This document shows positions 61,518 to 64,000 of a stretch of DNA of 64,000 bases, one piece after another. The stretch comes from Lytechinus pictus (lineage: Eukaryota). Positions within the stretch are counted from its first letter, which is position 1. Every line of letters starts with the position of its first letter. The stretch spans positions 15,068,001-15,132,000 of the forward strand of contig NC_087252.1 of assembly GCF_037042905.1 (NCBI RefSeq), given 5' to 3'. Made by a program: the position numbers and the translations under genes. The notes under the pieces were generated by a model. The model searched no databases. It was given only the letters and a program-made list of their open reading frames with translations, and was not told the DNA's origin.

Positions 61518-61684
61518 GTGGGTGTTTCATAAAGCTGTTCGAAAGTTAAGAGCGACTTTAAGAACGACTGGTGATCCTTTCTTGTGGTAAGTTGTATATT
61601 CATTGGTGACGGTTTAGCGCGTAAGGATCACCAGTCGTTCTTAAAGTTGCTCTTAACTTACGAACAGCTTTATGAAGCGGCCCC
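61518..61684. mobile_element. ~167-bp near-perfect palindromic MITE
   Basis: TTCATAAAGCTGTTCGAAAGTTAAGAGCGACTTTAAGAACGACTGGTGATCCTT has an inverted counterpart at 61623-61677. Partial relatives lie at 34450 and 63250. Confidence 0.8.
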
Positions 61685-61735
61685 CGGGGTTGGTGATGGT
61701 GTTGGAAGCACAAATTGGATTGCGTTTCCTAGATC

Positions 61736-63220
61736 AAACAAGTGGAATGCCTCTGGCCGTCTCACCTGCATCACGCGATTCAATATAGCAGCAGTGCTGA
61801 TTTTGAAAACTACTATAACTCGCACAAGATGTTCAGTGATACTTGGTTACTCTTATTTCCACGTTTTATGAACTAGACCAATACACTTATAGAGATATGA
61901 TGGCAATTCAACAAATACCCCCAACGTGGCCAAAGTTCTTTGACCTTACATGACCTTTGACCTTGATCATGTGACCTGAAACTCGCACAGGATGTTCAGT
62001 GATACTTGATTACTATTATGTCCAAGTTTTATGAACTAGACCAACACACTTTCAAATTTATGGCTGTAATTCAACAAATACCCCAATTTGGCCAAAGTTC
62101 ATTGACCCTAAATGACCTTTGACCTTGATCATGTGACCTGAAACTTGCACAGGATGTTCAGTAATACTTGATTACTATTATGTCCAAGTTTCATGAATCA
62201 GATCCATAAACTTTCAAAGTTATGATGGTAATTCAACAGATACCCCCAATTCGGCCAAAGTTCATTGACCCTAAATGACCTTTGACCTTGGTCATGTGAC
62301 GTGAAACTCATGCAGGATGTTCAGTGATACTTGATTAACCTTATGTATAAGTTTCATGAACTAGGTCCATATATTTTCAAAGTTATGATGACATTTCGAA
62401 AACTTAACCTTAGGTTAAGATTTTGATGTTGATTCCCCCAACATGGTCTAAGTTCATTGACCTTACATGACCTTTGACCTTGATCATGTGACCTGAAACT
62501 CGCACAGGATGTTCAGTGATACTTGATTACTATTATGTCCAAGTTTTATGAACTAGACCAACACACTTTCAAATTTATGGCTGTAATTCAACAAATACCC
62601 CAATTTGGCCAAAGTTCATTGACCCTAAATGACCTTTGACCTTGATCATGTGACCTGAAACTTGCACAGGATGTTCAGTAATACTTGGTTACTATTATGT
62701 CCAAGTTTCATGAATCAGATCCATAAACTTTCAAAGTTATGATGGTAATTCAACAGATACCCCCAATTCGGCCAAAGTTCATTGACCCTAAATGACCTTT
62801 GACCTTGGTCATGTGACGTGAAACTCATGCAGGATGTTCAGTGATACTTGATTAACCTTATGTATAAGTTTCATGAACTAGGTCCATATATTTTCAAAGT
62901 TATGATGACATTTCAAAAACTTAACCTTAGGTTAAGATTTTGATGTTGATTCCCCCAACATGGTCTAAGTTCATTGACCCTAAATGACCTTTGACCTTGG
63001 TCATGTGACATGAAACTCAGGCAGGATGTTCAGTAATACTTGATTAACCTTATGGCCAAGTTTCATGAACTAGGTCCATATACTTTCTAAGTTATGCTGT
63101 CATTTCAAAAACTTAACCTCAGGTTAAGATTTGGTGTTGACGCCGCCGCCGCCGCCGCCGCCGCCGCCGTCGGAAAAGCGGCGCCTATAGTCTCACTCTG
63201 CTATGCAGGTGAGACAAAAA
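61736..63220 (-). mobile_element. Helentron-associated non-autonomous element (HINE/DINE-1-like), copy 2
   Basis: SubTIRs GTCTCACCTGCA (61759-61770) and TGCAGGTGAGAC (63204-63215). It has an adjacent short inverted repeat GTCTCACTCTGC, a (GCC)n microsatellite, T-run ends on the minus strand, and ~10 internal ~128-bp repeats. Confidence 0.8.
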
Positions 63221-64000
63221 CCTATTCTGATTTTACACATAAAATTCAGGGGGCCGTTTCATAAATCTGTTCGTAAGGTAAGAGCAACATTAAAGGAGAA
63301 TGAAACCCAAAATGTAATATCACATAATATCATTGATAAGTAAATGATAATCAAAATGAATCCACTTATACCCATATCCGATTTCCCAGAGTGGAGTACC
63401 ACCTCTTCAAAGTTAGACTTCTTCACGTTCAAAGTCTCTGAATGGAGATCGCCATTGTTGCGAGGTTCGTTCAAAATTGTGACGTCAGCGACGTACAACT
63501 GCTCTCGGTACTAGCTTCCATGTGCAGCTAGTCACAGGCTGAAACCAACCCCGAGTTCGCATAATATAGATACCTTTTTTACAAGAAATAAATATAATAT
63601 ACACATAAAAACACTTGAAAATATTATCAAAAAGCTATTCAAATTATTTTATGGTTTAAAACACAAATTGATGAGTTTTGATGAAAATGTTTACACATTT
63701 ATTTACTATTACCAAATTGGCAAATTTGACAAAGCTAAATTTGTACATAGACAGTACAGCCGTCCCCGGCCGCCCACTCATCACACGTATTGCGAGGTTA
63801 GTATTATAAGCCAGCGCTGTGAACCGCGTTTGGCAGTGGATTTCTATCTAGTGGGTCGCGCGTGCTGGGATCTTCCTTCTGGTGTCCACAACACACGACT
63901 TCTGTGGCTTGATTTTTCTGTGCGCGGCAGCATGTAATGAACCCTTGAGTGCCGACCGCCGGCCCACGAACCGAGTGATCGTGTTAACTGTTATGTTGGA

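Noticed and set aside
63259..63498. 79-aa minus-strand ORF as a possible upstream exon of the CaaX gene
   Set aside because: It has no recognisable domain, no polypyrimidine acceptor and no phase-0 donor compatible with the terminal exon.

Overview
This is an AT-rich, repeat-dense animal genomic window, not a prokaryotic one. The repeat repertoire suggests a marine invertebrate deuterostome such as a sea urchin (inference only). Host coding content is sparse: two in-phase minus-strand exons encoding a Janus kinase (JAK)-type FERM domain (23081-22266 and 20154-20035), a probable minus-strand terminal exon ending in a CaaX motif (61475-61383), and a decayed histone H3 fragment in the JAK intron. 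The rest is mobile and tandem DNA: an ~8.4 kb satellite of ~120-125 bp monomers with higher-order structure, two Helentron-associated (HINE/DINE-1-like) elements with internal ~128 bp repeats, and many MITEs whose target duplications point to hAT, Kolobok, piggyBac, PIF/Harbinger and Academ. There is also a 9 kb nest (43159-52174) in which a ~1 kb Harbinger-type element contains a MITE, an Academ-like foldback and a 5'-truncated L1/Tx1 LINE with an intact 1.25-1.28 kaa ORF2. The most notable signals are (1) two copies of a short retroposon with a 7SL-RNA/Alu-domain-like head, a B-box, a Deu/Nin-like segment and a (CA)n tail, a candidate independently evolved 7SL-derived SINE, and (2) a recurrent TA->TACATGTA insertion signature that matches Tc1/mariner excision footprints. 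Family assignments rest on recalled motifs and TIR/TSD rules; no database searches were run.
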